Shown piece by piece: positions 40,174 through 50,329 of a stretch of DNA of 64,000 nt; position 1 is the first letter of the stretch; every line of letters begins with the position of its first letter. The position numbers were made by a program, and so were the translations under genes. The notes below the pieces were generated by a model that saw nothing but the letters and a program-made list of their open reading frames with translations, had not been told where the DNA came from and ran no database searches. The stretch comes from an uncultured bacterium (GTDB lineage: Bacteria; Patescibacteriota; CPR2; UBA1875; CAIMLA01). Where the stretch lies: the NCBI GenBank assembly GCA_903842085.1, contig CAIMLA010000043.1, positions 1,563-65,562 of the forward strand, given 5' to 3'.

Positions 40174-42780
40174 TTATTTTACTGTCACAGTAACATTGCT
40201 GCTAGCAGTTTGTCCAATCTTATCGGTGACTGTTGCGATAATATCAGCTGAAGCCCCTGATGGTTTATCAAAAGTTGCGACATAATTAGTCCCGTCTAGA
40301 GTTGCTTCTTTGGATTGACTGCCAATTTTGATCGTCACAGATTGAACCCCATTTGGAGCAGTTATCGTCACACTAACACTATACGGTGTCGCGAAATCGT
40401 CACTCGCTTTTAGGGTCGTAAAAGATATTGTCGGGGCGCCTTGGTTAATTGGACAGGTATCCTGGCCAATTTGTTCTGATCCAGAAGTTGAATAACCGCT
40501 ACTTGCTGTCCAAGCTCCGATCGGAGCAAACCATCTGCCATAAGAGGCATCGGTCGAAGGAATCTCGGCCGTGACGACGTTGATCGTTCTCGTCTCAATT
40601 TGAGCTGGGTCTGGAGGACAACTGTTGTTAACAAGTTTACCTGAAAGTTTATTAATTTTAAGTTCTGTAGCGGCCACAGCGTCTTGAATATTATACCAAG
40701 ATGGGAAAATATCTGTTACCGTTTTGCTCCCAGCGACTGGTTTTTTACCGGTGACGGCGTCTAGAGTCACCGTTTTTATCCCACTGGGTCTGGTAAATTG
40801 TTCATTGGGAGTCCCGTTGAGGGCGTTAATCATATAATCGTGCCAAATTGGGGCAGCCGCAATCGAACCACCGGCTTTTGTCATGGGGGTTCCATCATTA
40901 TTACCAGCCCAAACGCCTGTTACTAAGCTTGGGGTGTAACCAAGCGTCCAAGCGTCTTTGTAATCATTGGTAGTTCCGGTTTTGGCGGCGACTGGGCGAC
41001 CATGGAGCGTTAGGGGGCCACCGGTACCAAAGACATCTGCTCGGGCGTAATCATCAGATAAAACATTGCTTATCAGATATGTAATTTGTGAATCTAAGAC
41101 TTTTTTACCAGCATTTTCTTTGTATTCATCAATTGTTTTTCCTTTCGCGTCTTCAACTTTAATATACCAACTTGGGTCTTGTTTGACGCCACTATTAGCA
41201 AAAACCCCATAAGCATTGACCATATCTAAAAGCTTAACCTCTCCAGCGCCCAAGACAAGGGATAGGCCGTAAAGGCTTTTATCGTTTAAAGTTGTAATCC
41301 CCATTGCGTGGACGGTATCGATAACGTTATCAAGGCCAGCGATATAAAGTGTTTTTACCGCTGGGATATTGAGTGAGTTTTGCAAGGCGCTTCTCATCGT
41401 GACCGGTCCGCGAAATCGGCCATCATAATTACTGGGCACATAACCGCCGCCAAAATCAGTCTTTAGATCAAAGAGCACACTTCCAGGACCCCAATTATTT
41501 AACTTCCAAGCAGTTGCATAGGCAAAAGGTTTGAAAGAGGAACCAGGCTGACGATCCATAACCGCAACATTGACATTGCCATCTATATCAGGATTAAAGA
41601 AATCACGACTGCCAACCATGGCCAAGATTTGACCAGTTTTCGGATCCATCGAAACTAAGGATGCATTTGAGGCATTGTAAGCAGTCCGATTTTTGTCAAC
41701 GTTGGTTGCAACTGCCTCCTCGGCATATTGCTGTTTCGTGATATCTAAAGTGGTATAAACCTTTAAACCGCCTTCATTGACCAGTTTTTCACCGTATTTT
41801 TCGACTAGTTTTTCTTTGACATACATTACAAAGTGAGGTGCCGTGATGGAGCCATAAGGATTTTGCGAGAAGGCAACTTCTTTTTTCATGGCAGCTTCAG
41901 CATCCTTGGTCGTAATAAATTTTTGAGCGGCCATATCTTTTAAGACTTGATCTTTTCTTTTTAAGAGCAAAGCTTTATTTGTCCCGTAAGGAGAATAATA
42001 AGTTGGAGCTTGAGGCAGGGCGGCCAAGGTCGAACATTCTTCTAAACTTAAATCTTTTAAATCTTTATTAAAATAAGTTTTTGCGGCAACTTTAATCCCA
42101 TAAGCATTAGAGCCATATGGAATTTCATTGAGATACATTTTTAAAATATCGTCTTTCTTGTACATCTGTTCTATTTCGATTGAAAGGATGATCTCTTTAA
42201 TCTTGCGAGAATAAGACCTCTCGGTTGTTAGGAGGGCGTTCCGTACAAATTGTTGGGTGATTGTTGAGCCACCGCCTTTGGTGCGATCACCAGTAATAAT
42301 ACCGGAAAAAGCTCTGGCAATACCGCGGACACTAAAACCACTGTGCTTATAAAAATCTTTGTCCTCAATCGCGATCGTGGCATTTTTACAATTTTGAGGA
42401 ATCTCATCCCAGCCAGCCATGAGCCGATTTTTGTCGCCGTGGATCTCATAGAGAAGTTTTCCGTTTCGATCAAAAATCTGAGTCGATTGAGCCGAAATAC
42501 GAGCATTTATTTTGTTTGGAGTTGGTAAATCCTTGGCATACCAGGCAAAAACACCAAAGAGGAGGCCCAGAAAAACTACGGTAACGAGGCCGATTTTCTT
42601 CCAACCACTTTTTGTCGTAAAAAGTGACTTTAATGATTCTTTAAAGCCTGAGAAATTTAAATTCTTAAAGGAGAATCCCTTTTTTTGTCGAGACCGAACG
42701 GCTGTCTTGGCAGAACGAGGACGCGAAAAAGTTCGATAACTTTGTCTTGAGCGTCGCTTTCTCGGTTTATATAAAGGCAT
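40174..42780 (-). CDS. Class A penicillin-binding protein (PBP1A-type bifunctional transglycosylase/transpeptidase) with C-terminal beta-rich extension
   Basis: Basic cytoplasmic N-terminus, TM, GT51 motifs (ATIAIEDKDFYKHSGFS...RNALL), transpeptidase SSFKP, SLN and KTGTT motifs, plus about 170 aa of extra Thr/Ser/Val-rich C-terminus. GGAGAAAAA RBS. Confidence 0.9.
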   Translation of the reverse strand: MPLYKPRKRRSRQSYRTFSRPRSAKTAVRSRQKKGFSFKNLNFSGFKESLKSLFTTKSGWKKIGLVTVVFLGLLFGVFAWYAKDLPTPNKINARISAQSTQIFDRNGKLLYEIHGDKNRLMAGWDEIPQNCKNATIAIEDKDFYKHSGFSVRGIARAFSGIITGDRTKGGGSTITQQFVRNALLTTERSYSRKIKEIILSIEIEQMYKKDDILKMYLNEIPYGSNAYGIKVAAKTYFNKDLKDLSLEECSTLAALPQAPTYYSPYGTNKALLLKRKDQVLKDMAAQKFITTKDAEAAMKKEVAFSQNPYGSITAPHFVMYVKEKLVEKYGEKLVNEGGLKVYTTLDITKQQYAEEAVATNVDKNRTAYNASNASLVSMDPKTGQILAMVGSRDFFNPDIDGNVNVAVMDRQPGSSFKPFAYATAWKLNNWGPGSVLFDLKTDFGGGYVPSNYDGRFRGPVTMRSALQNSLNIPAVKTLYIAGLDNVIDTVHAMGITTLNDKSLYGLSLVLGAGEVKLLDMVNAYGVFANSGVKQDPSWYIKVEDAKGKTIDEYKENAGKKVLDSQITYLISNVLSDDYARADVFGTGGPLTLHGRPVAAKTGTTNDYKDAWTLGYTPSLVTGVWAGNNDGTPMTKAGGSIAAAPIWHDYMINALNGTPNEQFTRPSGIKTVTLDAVTGKKPVAGSKTVTDIFPSWYNIQDAVAATELKINKLSGKLVNNSCPPDPAQIETRTINVVTAEIPSTDASYGRWFAPIGAWTASSGYSTSGSEQIGQDTCPINQGAPTISFTTLKASDDFATPYSVSVTITAPNGVQSVTIKIGSQSKEATLDGTNYVATFDKPSGASADIIATVTDKIGQTASSNVTVTVK

Positions 42781-42897
42781 TTTTTCTCCAATTAATTTGA
42801 ATTATACCTAAAAAAGTGTATATTAGTTAAGTAATTTATAAAAAATTCAACACACAAATTATAAATATATTTGTTAAAATTGTCAAGGAAGGACAAG

Positions 42898-44091
42898 ATG
42901 AACAAAATAAATGAGATCTTAAATCGTGGCGTCGAAGAAGTTTATATAAAGAAAGAACTCGAAGCTGCCCTAAAATCAGAGAAGAAACTAAGGATCTATT
43001 ATGGAGTTGATCCTTCAGGAGTCGAGATTCATCTTGGTCACGCGATTTGTCTTAGAAAATTACAATATTTACAACAATTGGGCCATAAAATAATTTTTCT
43101 AATCGGGGATTTTACGGGCATGATTGGCGACCCGACCGATAAATCGGCCATCCGACAACCGCTAACAAGAGAGCAAGTTTTAACAAATGCTAAAACCTAT
43201 AAGGAACAAATCAAAAGTTTCCTCGACTTTTCGGGTAAAAATCCTGCCGAAATTAGATTCAATAGTGAATGGAATGACAATCTGACCTTTAGGAATATTA
43301 TCGAGCTTTCAGGACGGTTTACGGTCCAACAACTGTTAGAACGAGATATGTTCCAACAAAGATTATCAAACAATAAACCGATTGGTTTACATGAATTTTT
43401 GTATCCTCTTGTCCAAGGATATGATGCCGTCATGCTTGAGGCGGACCTACAGATTGGTGGGACTGATCAGATTTTCAATATGCTTCAAGGTCGAGGTCTG
43501 ATGAAATCTCTCAAGAATAAAACGCAGATGGTTCTGGCCGTTAGCCTTTTGGAGGGTGTCGATGGTCGTAAAATGTCGAAAAGCTTTGGTAATTTTATTG
43601 CCATCAATGATCTACCAAATGAGATGTATGGTAAGGCCATGTCAATTAAGGACGAATTAATTATCCGTTATTTTAGCCTCTGTACGGAATTGGCAGAAAA
43701 AGAGATCGAAAAACTTCAAGATCAATTAGATGATGGTCAAAATCCGAGAAAGATCAAGGCGAAACTTGCCTACGAATTGGTCCGACTTTATCATGACGAA
43801 CCTGCCGCCAAAGCGGCCGAGTTAAATTTTGACAAAACTTTTGTCAAAAAAGAAATTCCTGATGAAATTGCAGAAATATTGATTTTAGATAAAAATTGGC
43901 CTTTGGCTGATCTGATGGTCTATACAAAGATTGCAACCTCTAAATCAGATGCCAAGCGACTGATTGATCAAGGCGGGGTGAGGGTTGATGGGGCCGTCAT
44001 CGGCGATCGGGCAGAAGTCATAAGGCCGATTAATGGGACGGTCATCCAGGCAGGAAAAAGAAAGTTTGTTCGTCTTAAGCTTGATCGATAA
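42898..44091 (+). CDS. tyrS: Tyrosine--tRNA ligase
   Basis: HIGH motif (HLGHAICL), KMSKS, C-terminal S4-like domain. ATG 42898 follows a GGAAGGA RBS; the track's 42871 start is less likely. Confidence 0.9.
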   Translation: MNKINEILNRGVEEVYIKKELEAALKSEKKLRIYYGVDPSGVEIHLGHAICLRKLQYLQQLGHKIIFLIGDFTGMIGDPTDKSAIRQPLTREQVLTNAKTYKEQIKSFLDFSGKNPAEIRFNSEWNDNLTFRNIIELSGRFTVQQLLERDMFQQRLSNNKPIGLHEFLYPLVQGYDAVMLEADLQIGGTDQIFNMLQGRGLMKSLKNKTQMVLAVSLLEGVDGRKMSKSFGNFIAINDLPNEMYGKAMSIKDELIIRYFSLCTELAEKEIEKLQDQLDDGQNPRKIKAKLAYELVRLYHDEPAAKAAELNFDKTFVKKEIPDEIAEILILDKNWPLADLMVYTKIATSKSDAKRLIDQGGVRVDGAVIGDRAEVIRPINGTVIQAGKRKFVRLKLDR

Positions 44092-46151
44092 TGAATTTAC
44101 GAACTCCAATTTCAGAGTTAACCGGCGTCGGTGACCATTATGCCAGAAAATTAGAAAAACTTGGTATAAAAAATTACGAAGACTTGCTTTGGTATTTGCC
44201 GCGACGGTGGGATGACTATTCGCATCTGGTCCCGATTAACGAAATCCGACCAGACGAGATGGTGAGTGTTAAAGGGAAGATCTGGGAAATCAGCAACAAG
44301 AGAGCTAAAAGCGGGATGAACATAACCGAAGCCATCATCGCAGATGATACGGGGACGATTAAAGCCACTTGGTTCAATCAACCTTTTTTAACGACCACTT
44401 TAAAAGCCGATGATGAGATTTGTTTAGCGGGTAAATTAGAATGGAATAGAAACTCAGTGGGGATGATTTCGCCTGCTTTTGAAAAGATTAACTCAGAAAA
44501 TGAGGCAGAGCTAACTCATGTTGGACGGATTGTCCCTGTCTATGCTGAGACAGAAGGCATTTCATCTAAATGGCTTCGCTCCAAGATCAAGCCTTTGATG
44601 AAACTGATCTATTCGATTAGGGACTATTTGCCAGAAGAGATTAAAAAAGAACACAATTTAATAGACTTACCCGCCGCCATACGCCAAATGCACTTTCCAG
44701 AGAATTCTTCCCAATTGAAGAAAGCCAAAGATCGGCTCGATTTTGATGAAATGTTTTTATTACAACTTGCTGTCTTGAATTCACGGAAAAAGCTTAATCG
44801 CGAACGAGCGATCGCCATTCCATTCAATGAAGCCTTGATAAAAGGGTTTGTTCAAGATCTACCGTTTGACCTCACGAATGCACAGCGAAAATCTACCTGG
44901 GAGATCTTACAAGACTTAACGAAAGTAGCGCCGATGAACCGACTTCTTCAAGGAGATGTCGGAAGCGGCAAGACTGTCGTCGCGGCTATGGCCATGATAA
45001 ACACTGTCATCTCAGGCAATCAAGCCGTTTTATTATGCCCCACCGAAATTTTAGCAAAACAACATTTCGATAATGTCCAAACCCTTTTAAAGCCTTATGG
45101 CATGGACTGCTTTCTCCTAACTGGATCGACCAGTAAAGCCGAGAAAGAAGATTTATACAATAAGATAAGAGAAGGGGAGGCCAAGCTTATTATTGGGACT
45201 CACGCCATTTTGGAAAAGGGGCTAGAATTTTGGAGATTAGGTCTTGCCATTGTGGACGAACAACACCGCTTTGGGGTCGGCCAGAGAGCTGCCCTTCGAA
45301 AAGAAAGTCTCTCGACGAAAACGCTTCCTCACTTTCTAACGATGACGGCCACCCCAATTCCAAGGACCCTTTCGTTAACCATCTTTGGTGATTTGGATAT
45401 TTCTCTCTTGAATGAATTACCGCCGGGCAGAAAGACAATCATAACCAGGCTTGTCCCAAACGAGAAAAGACAGGATGGCTATCAATTTGTTCGAGCAGAA
45501 ATCAGTAAAGGTCGCCAAGTTTTTGTGATCTGTCCGCTAATAGGAGAAGAAGCGAGCGAAGAGATGGACAAAAAAACAGTTATGGCTGAATATCAGAATC
45601 TTACTAAAAATGTTTATCCTGATTTAAAGATTGTCTATATCCACGGGAAAATGAAGCCAGCAGAAAAAGAGGAAATTATGACCAACTTTAGGGCTGGCAA
45701 ATTTGATATCTTGGTCTCAACTTCGTTAATAGAAGTTGGAGTCGACATTCCAAACTCAACGGTCATGGTGATCGAGGCTGCTGATAAATTTGGCTTGTCC
45801 CAGCTCCATCAATTTAGAGGGCGAGTGGGCCGATCGACACATCAGTCATTTTGTTTCTTGTTTACAAAATCAAGTAACGAACAGACTTTAAAGAGATTAT
45901 ATGCCCTTGTTAATACTAATGATGGTTTCAAATTAGCTGAAGCTGACCTTGAGATCAGGGGGCCAGGAGACTTCGTTGGCACTCGTCAACACGGTTTACC
46001 TGATATCAAGATGTCAAATTTAATGAACCTAGTTTTAATAAAAAAATGTCGTGAGGCCGCGGTTAAGTTTTTGGCTAAAAACAATTTAGAAAGCCAAACC
46101 GCTTTATATGAAAAAACAGCCATGTATGACTCGATTCTATCTTTGGAGTAA
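44091..46151 (+). CDS. recG: ATP-dependent DNA helicase RecG
   Basis: Wedge domain, helicase motifs GDVGSGKT and DEQHRFG, TRG motif region. 686 aa. Confidence 0.9.
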   Translation: MNLRTPISELTGVGDHYARKLEKLGIKNYEDLLWYLPRRWDDYSHLVPINEIRPDEMVSVKGKIWEISNKRAKSGMNITEAIIADDTGTIKATWFNQPFLTTTLKADDEICLAGKLEWNRNSVGMISPAFEKINSENEAELTHVGRIVPVYAETEGISSKWLRSKIKPLMKLIYSIRDYLPEEIKKEHNLIDLPAAIRQMHFPENSSQLKKAKDRLDFDEMFLLQLAVLNSRKKLNRERAIAIPFNEALIKGFVQDLPFDLTNAQRKSTWEILQDLTKVAPMNRLLQGDVGSGKTVVAAMAMINTVISGNQAVLLCPTEILAKQHFDNVQTLLKPYGMDCFLLTGSTSKAEKEDLYNKIREGEAKLIIGTHAILEKGLEFWRLGLAIVDEQHRFGVGQRAALRKESLSTKTLPHFLTMTATPIPRTLSLTIFGDLDISLLNELPPGRKTIITRLVPNEKRQDGYQFVRAEISKGRQVFVICPLIGEEASEEMDKKTVMAEYQNLTKNVYPDLKIVYIHGKMKPAEKEEIMTNFRAGKFDILVSTSLIEVGVDIPNSTVMVIEAADKFGLSQLHQFRGRVGRSTHQSFCFLFTKSSNEQTLKRLYALVNTNDGFKLAEADLEIRGPGDFVGTRQHGLPDIKMSNLMNLVLIKKCREAAVKFLAKNNLESQTALYEKTAMYDSILSLE

Positions 46152-46395
46152 AAAATTGATAGGAGCCAATCAAAGCAACAGTTAGGGGTTATTCTGGCCT
46201 TATCAAGCCGTCACAGAGATTGGCGAACTTATTGCTCAAAGGGCTATTAGATTGAATCGATTTAAGGACATGGATAAGTTAGCGGGGCTTTGTTAAAAGG
46301 AAAAATAACATTCAATAATACGAAGGATTTAGTAGGGGTAAAAATTTGTTTATTTTCAATTGTTTCTGATATAATTAAATAAAATAGGAGGGAAA

Positions 46396-47307
46396 TTGGC
46401 TAAAAAAACAACGAACAACAAACAAAGAGTAGAACCAAAAAACAAACCGACGGTTAAAGACGATCAAGCCGGGAAACCAGAGGACGACGATGGTGAAGTC
46501 GATCCAGCGGCGACCGAGAAAGCGTTTGCGGATGAACTTGGAACGATAGAAACAGAAGAGGAAGCAGATGGTGGGCCATTGAAATTCGATCCAGAGGCGA
46601 ACGACGAGCCAGAAGAAATTGCCAAAAAAGAAGCTCAGATGGTAACGGTACCGACACGAAAAGCGGTTCGACCTGCAATCTTTGGGCTAGGGGTCTTGAG
46701 CGGCATTATTATCGCTATGATTATTTTTGGTATTTATTATTACATGGTTGGCCAGGAGGTTTGTGATAGTTATAATAGCGTTACAAATTCTGAAAAAAAA
46801 TTAACTAGCTTAATCACGTCTCAAAATAATCGAGAAACAAAGATATCTGATGCTTGCCCAACAGTTCTAACAGAAACTGATAATCTAGAAATAGCAAATT
46901 GGAAAACCTACAAAAACGAAAAGTCTGGTTTGTCTTTTTTGATCCCAGCCGATTGGCAGGAGTCTAAACCGGCCACGACTAATCAATTTTTCTTTAAAGC
47001 ACCAGGAGATGTTGCAGCGACGCTTAATGTCGGGATTGGGGAGGCGGCTTCGATCACAACGGTCGATGGCTATATTTTGAAAACAACCTCAACAGAAAAA
47101 GTTGCCTGTAATGCGGCCAAAGTAAAAACTTATGTTGATAGTAATCAAAACGAAGCAAACCGTATTAAAACAGCGACTTTTACGGCTTCTAGCACTCCTT
47201 ATCTATTTGAATACGCCTGGCAGACAAATATGGGAGCATCCGTCTCAAGCGACTATTCTGATCTCTTTGATTTGATCTTAAAGACAGTTAGTATCACAAA
47301 AGTGTAA
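46396..47307 (+). CDS. Hypothetical membrane-anchored protein with acidic N-terminal region (paralog family member 3)
   Basis: TTG start with AGGAGGG RBS. D/E-rich N-terminus, one TM, then NWKTYKNEKSGLSFLIPADWQE and C-terminal LFDLILKTVS motifs shared with the ORFs at 5800 and 19233. Confidence 0.6.
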   Translation: MAKKTTNNKQRVEPKNKPTVKDDQAGKPEDDDGEVDPAATEKAFADELGTIETEEEADGGPLKFDPEANDEPEEIAKKEAQMVTVPTRKAVRPAIFGLGVLSGIIIAMIIFGIYYYMVGQEVCDSYNSVTNSEKKLTSLITSQNNRETKISDACPTVLTETDNLEIANWKTYKNEKSGLSFLIPADWQESKPATTNQFFFKAPGDVAATLNVGIGEAASITTVDGYILKTTSTEKVACNAAKVKTYVDSNQNEANRIKTATFTASSTPYLFEYAWQTNMGASVSSDYSDLFDLILKTVSITKV

Positions 47308-47316
47308 AAAAGAACT

Positions 47317-47357
47317 CAGCCCGAGCAAAGGTGATTCCTTTGCTCGGGCTGTTTTAT
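47317..47357. terminator. Bidirectional intrinsic terminator (14-15-bp stem CAGCCCGAGCAAAGG / CTTTGCTCGGGCTG followed by a T-run)
   Basis: Long perfect inverted repeat between the convergent 46396 gene and the small minus-strand peptide gene. Confidence 0.65.
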
Positions 47358-47393
47358 GATTAGGCGAAAATCTATCGTCTGATTTTAGTTTTA

Positions 47394-47519
47394 TTAGCTT
47401 GGAAGTGGGGTTAGAATGATCAAGGCCAGAGAAAGTCCGATGATCAAAACGATAGCAGAAAGGCAGAGGATCCGACCGAAAACAACGTCACTACGATGGT
47501 TCTTTGCGTCATCAGACAT
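47394..47519 (-). CDS. Small hydrophobic membrane peptide (41 aa: MSDDAKNHRSDVVFGRILCLSAIVLIIGLSLALIILTPLPS)
   Basis: Not in the ORF track (under 60 aa). GGAGG RBS 6 nt upstream of the ATG. A consensus promoter lies upstream (minus strand) and a strong terminator downstream. Single predicted TM helix. Confidence 0.45.
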   Translation of the reverse strand: MSDDAKNHRSDVVFGRILCLSAIVLIIGLSLALIILTPLPS

Positions 47520-47588
47520 AAAACGCCTCCATTCGACGAATCGACATTCTGAAAAAAAACGACTAGCTTTTTCCTAATACGAAAACAA

Positions 47589-47616
47589 ATTATAAACACT
47601 TTACATAATATGTCAA
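47589..47616 (-). promoter_or_regulatory. Near-consensus sigma-70 promoter on the minus strand (TTGACA, 16-nt spacer, TATAAT) upstream of the small peptide gene
   Basis: Minus-strand TTGACA (complement of 47611-47616) and TATAAT (complement of 47589-47594). Confidence 0.55.
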
Positions 47617-47715
47617 GAACTAGACGGTTGATTATCTTAATTAAATAAAAGATATACGGTAAAAGAAGACCAGAGTTAAGTTTATAAGCCACTCAAAAAA
47701 GAAGGCGTGATAGGA

Positions 47716-47744
47716 TTGAAATAAACAATAATTTGTACTAAAAT
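47716..47744 (+). promoter_or_regulatory. Sigma-70-type promoter for tRNA-Leu(TAG) (TTGAAA, 17-nt spacer, TAAAAT)
   Basis: TTGAAA at 47716-47721 and TAAAAT at 47739-47744, about 15 nt upstream of the tRNA 5' end. Confidence 0.5.
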
Positions 47745-47759
47745 GACAGAGTCTTGTTA

Positions 47760-47846
47760 GCCCGGGTGGCGGAATTGGTATACGCGCTAGTCTTAGGAAC
47801 TAGTGCCAGAAATGGCTTGCGAGTTCGAGTCTCGCCTCGGGCACCA
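47760..47846 (+). tRNA. tRNA-Leu (anticodon TAG), long variable arm, CCA encoded
   Basis: GCCCGGGTGGCGGAATTGGTATACGCGCTAGTCTTAGGAACTAG...GCGAGTTCGAGTCTCGCCTCGGGCACCA. Acceptor and D arm are the same as in tRNA-Leu(TAA). Confidence 0.85.
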
Positions 47847-47875
47847 GAACCAACATCATAAATGAAGGAGGAAAA

Positions 47876-48196
47876 ATGGAAGTTGAACACTTAAAAGAAG
47901 AGGATTTTGATCAAAAAGTAATTCAGTCTAAAAAACCGGTCATTGTGGATTATTTTGCCAGCTGGTGCGGTCCATGCAAAGCGATGGCACCAATTTTTGA
48001 AGAGACAGGTAAGAAGTACCAAGACCGGGTTGATTTTTTTAAGGTTGATGTTGACGAATGCCAGAAAGTTGCTCAGGATTACGGTGTTATGAGTATCCCG
48101 ACTTTAATCGTTTTTAAAGACGGGAAAGTAATTAAGACTCTAGTGGGGCTTCAAGACGGTGACAGCATCGCGGCGGCAGTAGAAGAAGCTGAATAA
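47876..48196 (+). CDS. trxA: Thioredoxin
   Basis: WCGPCK active site. 106 aa. GGAGG RBS. Confidence 0.9.
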   Translation: MEVEHLKEEDFDQKVIQSKKPVIVDYFASWCGPCKAMAPIFEETGKKYQDRVDFFKVDVDECQKVAQDYGVMSIPTLIVFKDGKVIKTLVGLQDGDSIAAAVEEAE

Positions 48197-48211
48197 AGTC
48201 AGAGAAAGAAG

Positions 48212-49501
48212 GTGTTTTTGAAAGTAAAAATAGAGAAATCAGAAGGCAAAACAAAGTTAACAATCGAGGTTGAAGCAGCGCAGTTAAAAGTGGCGACTGA
48301 GGACGCCTACAAAAAACTTTCCAAAGAGGTCAAAGTTGATGGTTTTCGTCCAGGGAAAGCCCCTCGACACATTATCGAAAAAGAAATCGGTCAAGAGAGA
48401 ATAAATGCAGAAGTCTTAGATAAAATTATACCTGAAACATATTACGAAGCAGTTATCCAGGAAAAACTTAACCCAATCGGTCCGCCAGAAGTAAAAATGG
48501 TAAAATTCGTTCCAACAGATGGTCTAGTCTATGAGGCCTCAATCGAGCTATTACCTGAGATTAAAGTACCGGCTCTAAAAGAAATTAAAATCAAACGAGA
48601 AAAACCAACCGTTTCCGCAAAAGAAATAAATGAAGTCTTGGACGATCTGGCAAAGCAACTGGCAAAATATTCTCGGGTGGATAGAGCGGCAAAGACAGGA
48701 GATCAAATCCAAATAGATTATGATGGTTTTGTCGATGGGTTGCCTTTCGAGGGCGGGAAAAGTGAAAAATACCCATTTATTCTTGGCCAAGGGCAGATGA
48801 TTCCTGGATTTGAGGATCAGATTGTCGGCATGAAAGAAGCCGAAGAAAGAGAAATAGAAGTCACCTTTCCCAAGGGATATCACGCACATAATCTAGCGGG
48901 AAAGCAAGCTAAGTTTAAAATTAAATTACACGAAGTAAATGAGGTTATTTTACCAGCAATCAATGATGATTTTGCCTCAAAAGTTGGTCCTTTTAGTGGT
49001 TTAGAAAACTTACGGATCGATATTGAAAAAGAATTGTTAAAAACAAAAACAATCCAAGAAAGAAACAGAGTTGAATCAGCAATCTTAGAAAAAATTGTCC
49101 AAGTCACTAAGGTAAATTCACCCGAAAGCTTAATTTACCAAGAAGTGCACAGATTGATGCACGAAGCTGAACAAAATATCGCTCAACAAGGGTTAACGAT
49201 TGAAAAGTATTTGGGGGCCACCAAAAAAACTAAGGAAGACCTGGAGAAAGAACTCGAACCAGAGGCAGACAAAAGAGTAAAAATTGGCTTAGTCCTCTCC
49301 GAGATCGCAAAAGATAATAAATTTGAAGCTAGCGAAAAAGAAGTTCACCATGAAATCGAGGTAAGGCTAGAAAGAACTAAGCCTGAAGAGAAAAAACAAG
49401 CCGAGGATTTCTATGATACTCATGAAGGTCATCACCAAATTGAGAATTTGCTGATTGGGGAAAAAGTCTTGAAATATCTCTACGAAACCTGCTCAGCGTA
49501 A
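48212..49501 (+). CDS. tig: Trigger factor
   Basis: N-terminal ribosome-binding domain (GFRPGKAPRHIIEKE), FKBP-type PPIase middle domain, C-terminal arm. Start is GTG 48212 or in-frame TTG 48218. Confidence 0.85.
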   Translation: MFLKVKIEKSEGKTKLTIEVEAAQLKVATEDAYKKLSKEVKVDGFRPGKAPRHIIEKEIGQERINAEVLDKIIPETYYEAVIQEKLNPIGPPEVKMVKFVPTDGLVYEASIELLPEIKVPALKEIKIKREKPTVSAKEINEVLDDLAKQLAKYSRVDRAAKTGDQIQIDYDGFVDGLPFEGGKSEKYPFILGQGQMIPGFEDQIVGMKEAEEREIEVTFPKGYHAHNLAGKQAKFKIKLHEVNEVILPAINDDFASKVGPFSGLENLRIDIEKELLKTKTIQERNRVESAILEKIVQVTKVNSPESLIYQEVHRLMHEAEQNIAQQGLTIEKYLGATKKTKEDLEKELEPEADKRVKIGLVLSEIAKDNKFEASEKEVHHEIEVRLERTKPEEKKQAEDFYDTHEGHHQIENLLIGEKVLKYLYETCSA

Positions 49502-49693
49502 CTTAATGAAAATTTGGTATCGTGGCCGAAAACAACTATTTATACTGGGTGGTTTGTTAAAAAGGAAGATTTAAAGATGTCCTAAGACCATCGCTGAAAT
49601 TGTGGCTTTTCCTGTCGATGACTCATCTTGAGGGCGGAGTCGATCCCAAAAACGAACCTGAGTTCTGTTATAATAAAAGAAGAGGAGAAAAAA

Positions 49694-50296
49694 ATGGAAG
49701 AAAAAAATCAAGTTTTAATCCCGAGTGTTATTGAGCGAACGAATCTGGGCGAGAGAGTCTATGATATATATTCAAGGTTGTTAGAAGATAGGATTGTTTT
49801 TTTAGGGATGCCGATCGACGATATTGCTGCAAACACGGTTATTGCTCAATTGTTGTTTCTTGAACATACTGATAGCAAAAAAGACATTACAATGTATGTT
49901 AATAGTCCAGGAGGTAATGTGACAAGTGCGATGGCGATCTATGACACTATTCAATATGTCAAACCTGATGTTTCGACAGTCTGTGTTGGCATGGCAGCAA
50001 GTGCGGCTGCCTTGATCTTGACCTCTGGAGCGAAAAATAAACGTTTTGCGCTACCGAATACAAAAATTATGATTCATCAACCCATCGTGACTGGAATGGA
50101 AGGCCAAGCGACTGACATTGAAATACATGCAAAAGAATTACTGCGAACAAAAAAGCAATTAAATGAAATTCTATCTAAGCATACTGGTCAAAAAATAGAT
50201 AAAATAAATACTGATGTTGAAAGAGATTTTTTCATGACGGCCAAAGAGGCTAAAGCATATGGCATTATTGATACTATTATTGAGAGCAAAAAATAA
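49694..50296 (+). CDS. clpP: ATP-dependent Clp protease proteolytic subunit
   Basis: Catalytic Ser (GMAASAAA), His (MIHQP) and Asp (DVERDFF). ATG 49694 follows a GAGGAG RBS and a TGTTATAAT extended -10; the track's 49628 start is upstream. Confidence 0.9.
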   Translation: MEEKNQVLIPSVIERTNLGERVYDIYSRLLEDRIVFLGMPIDDIAANTVIAQLLFLEHTDSKKDITMYVNSPGGNVTSAMAIYDTIQYVKPDVSTVCVGMAASAAALILTSGAKNKRFALPNTKIMIHQPIVTGMEGQATDIEIHAKELLRTKKQLNEILSKHTGQKIDKINTDVERDFFMTAKEAKAYGIIDTIIESKK

Positions 50297-50300
50297 ATGT

Positions 50301-50329
50301 TGACAAAATGAACAAATTAATGTAAATTT
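50301..50329 (+). promoter_or_regulatory. Sigma-70-type promoter upstream of rpoB (TTGACA, 17-nt spacer, TAAATT), followed by about 145-nt leader
   Basis: TTGACA at 50301-50306 and TAAATT at 50324-50329. Confidence 0.45.

Noticed and set aside
42781-42897. Possible T-box riboswitch upstream of tyrS
   Set aside because: The leader is only about 115 nt including divergent promoter space, too short for a T-box. No T-box consensus (AATTAGGGTGGNACCGCG) is present.
47444-47692. 82-aa minus-strand ORF
   Set aside because: In a different frame from, and overlapping, the better-supported 41-aa peptide gene. It runs across that gene's promoter and has no RBS.
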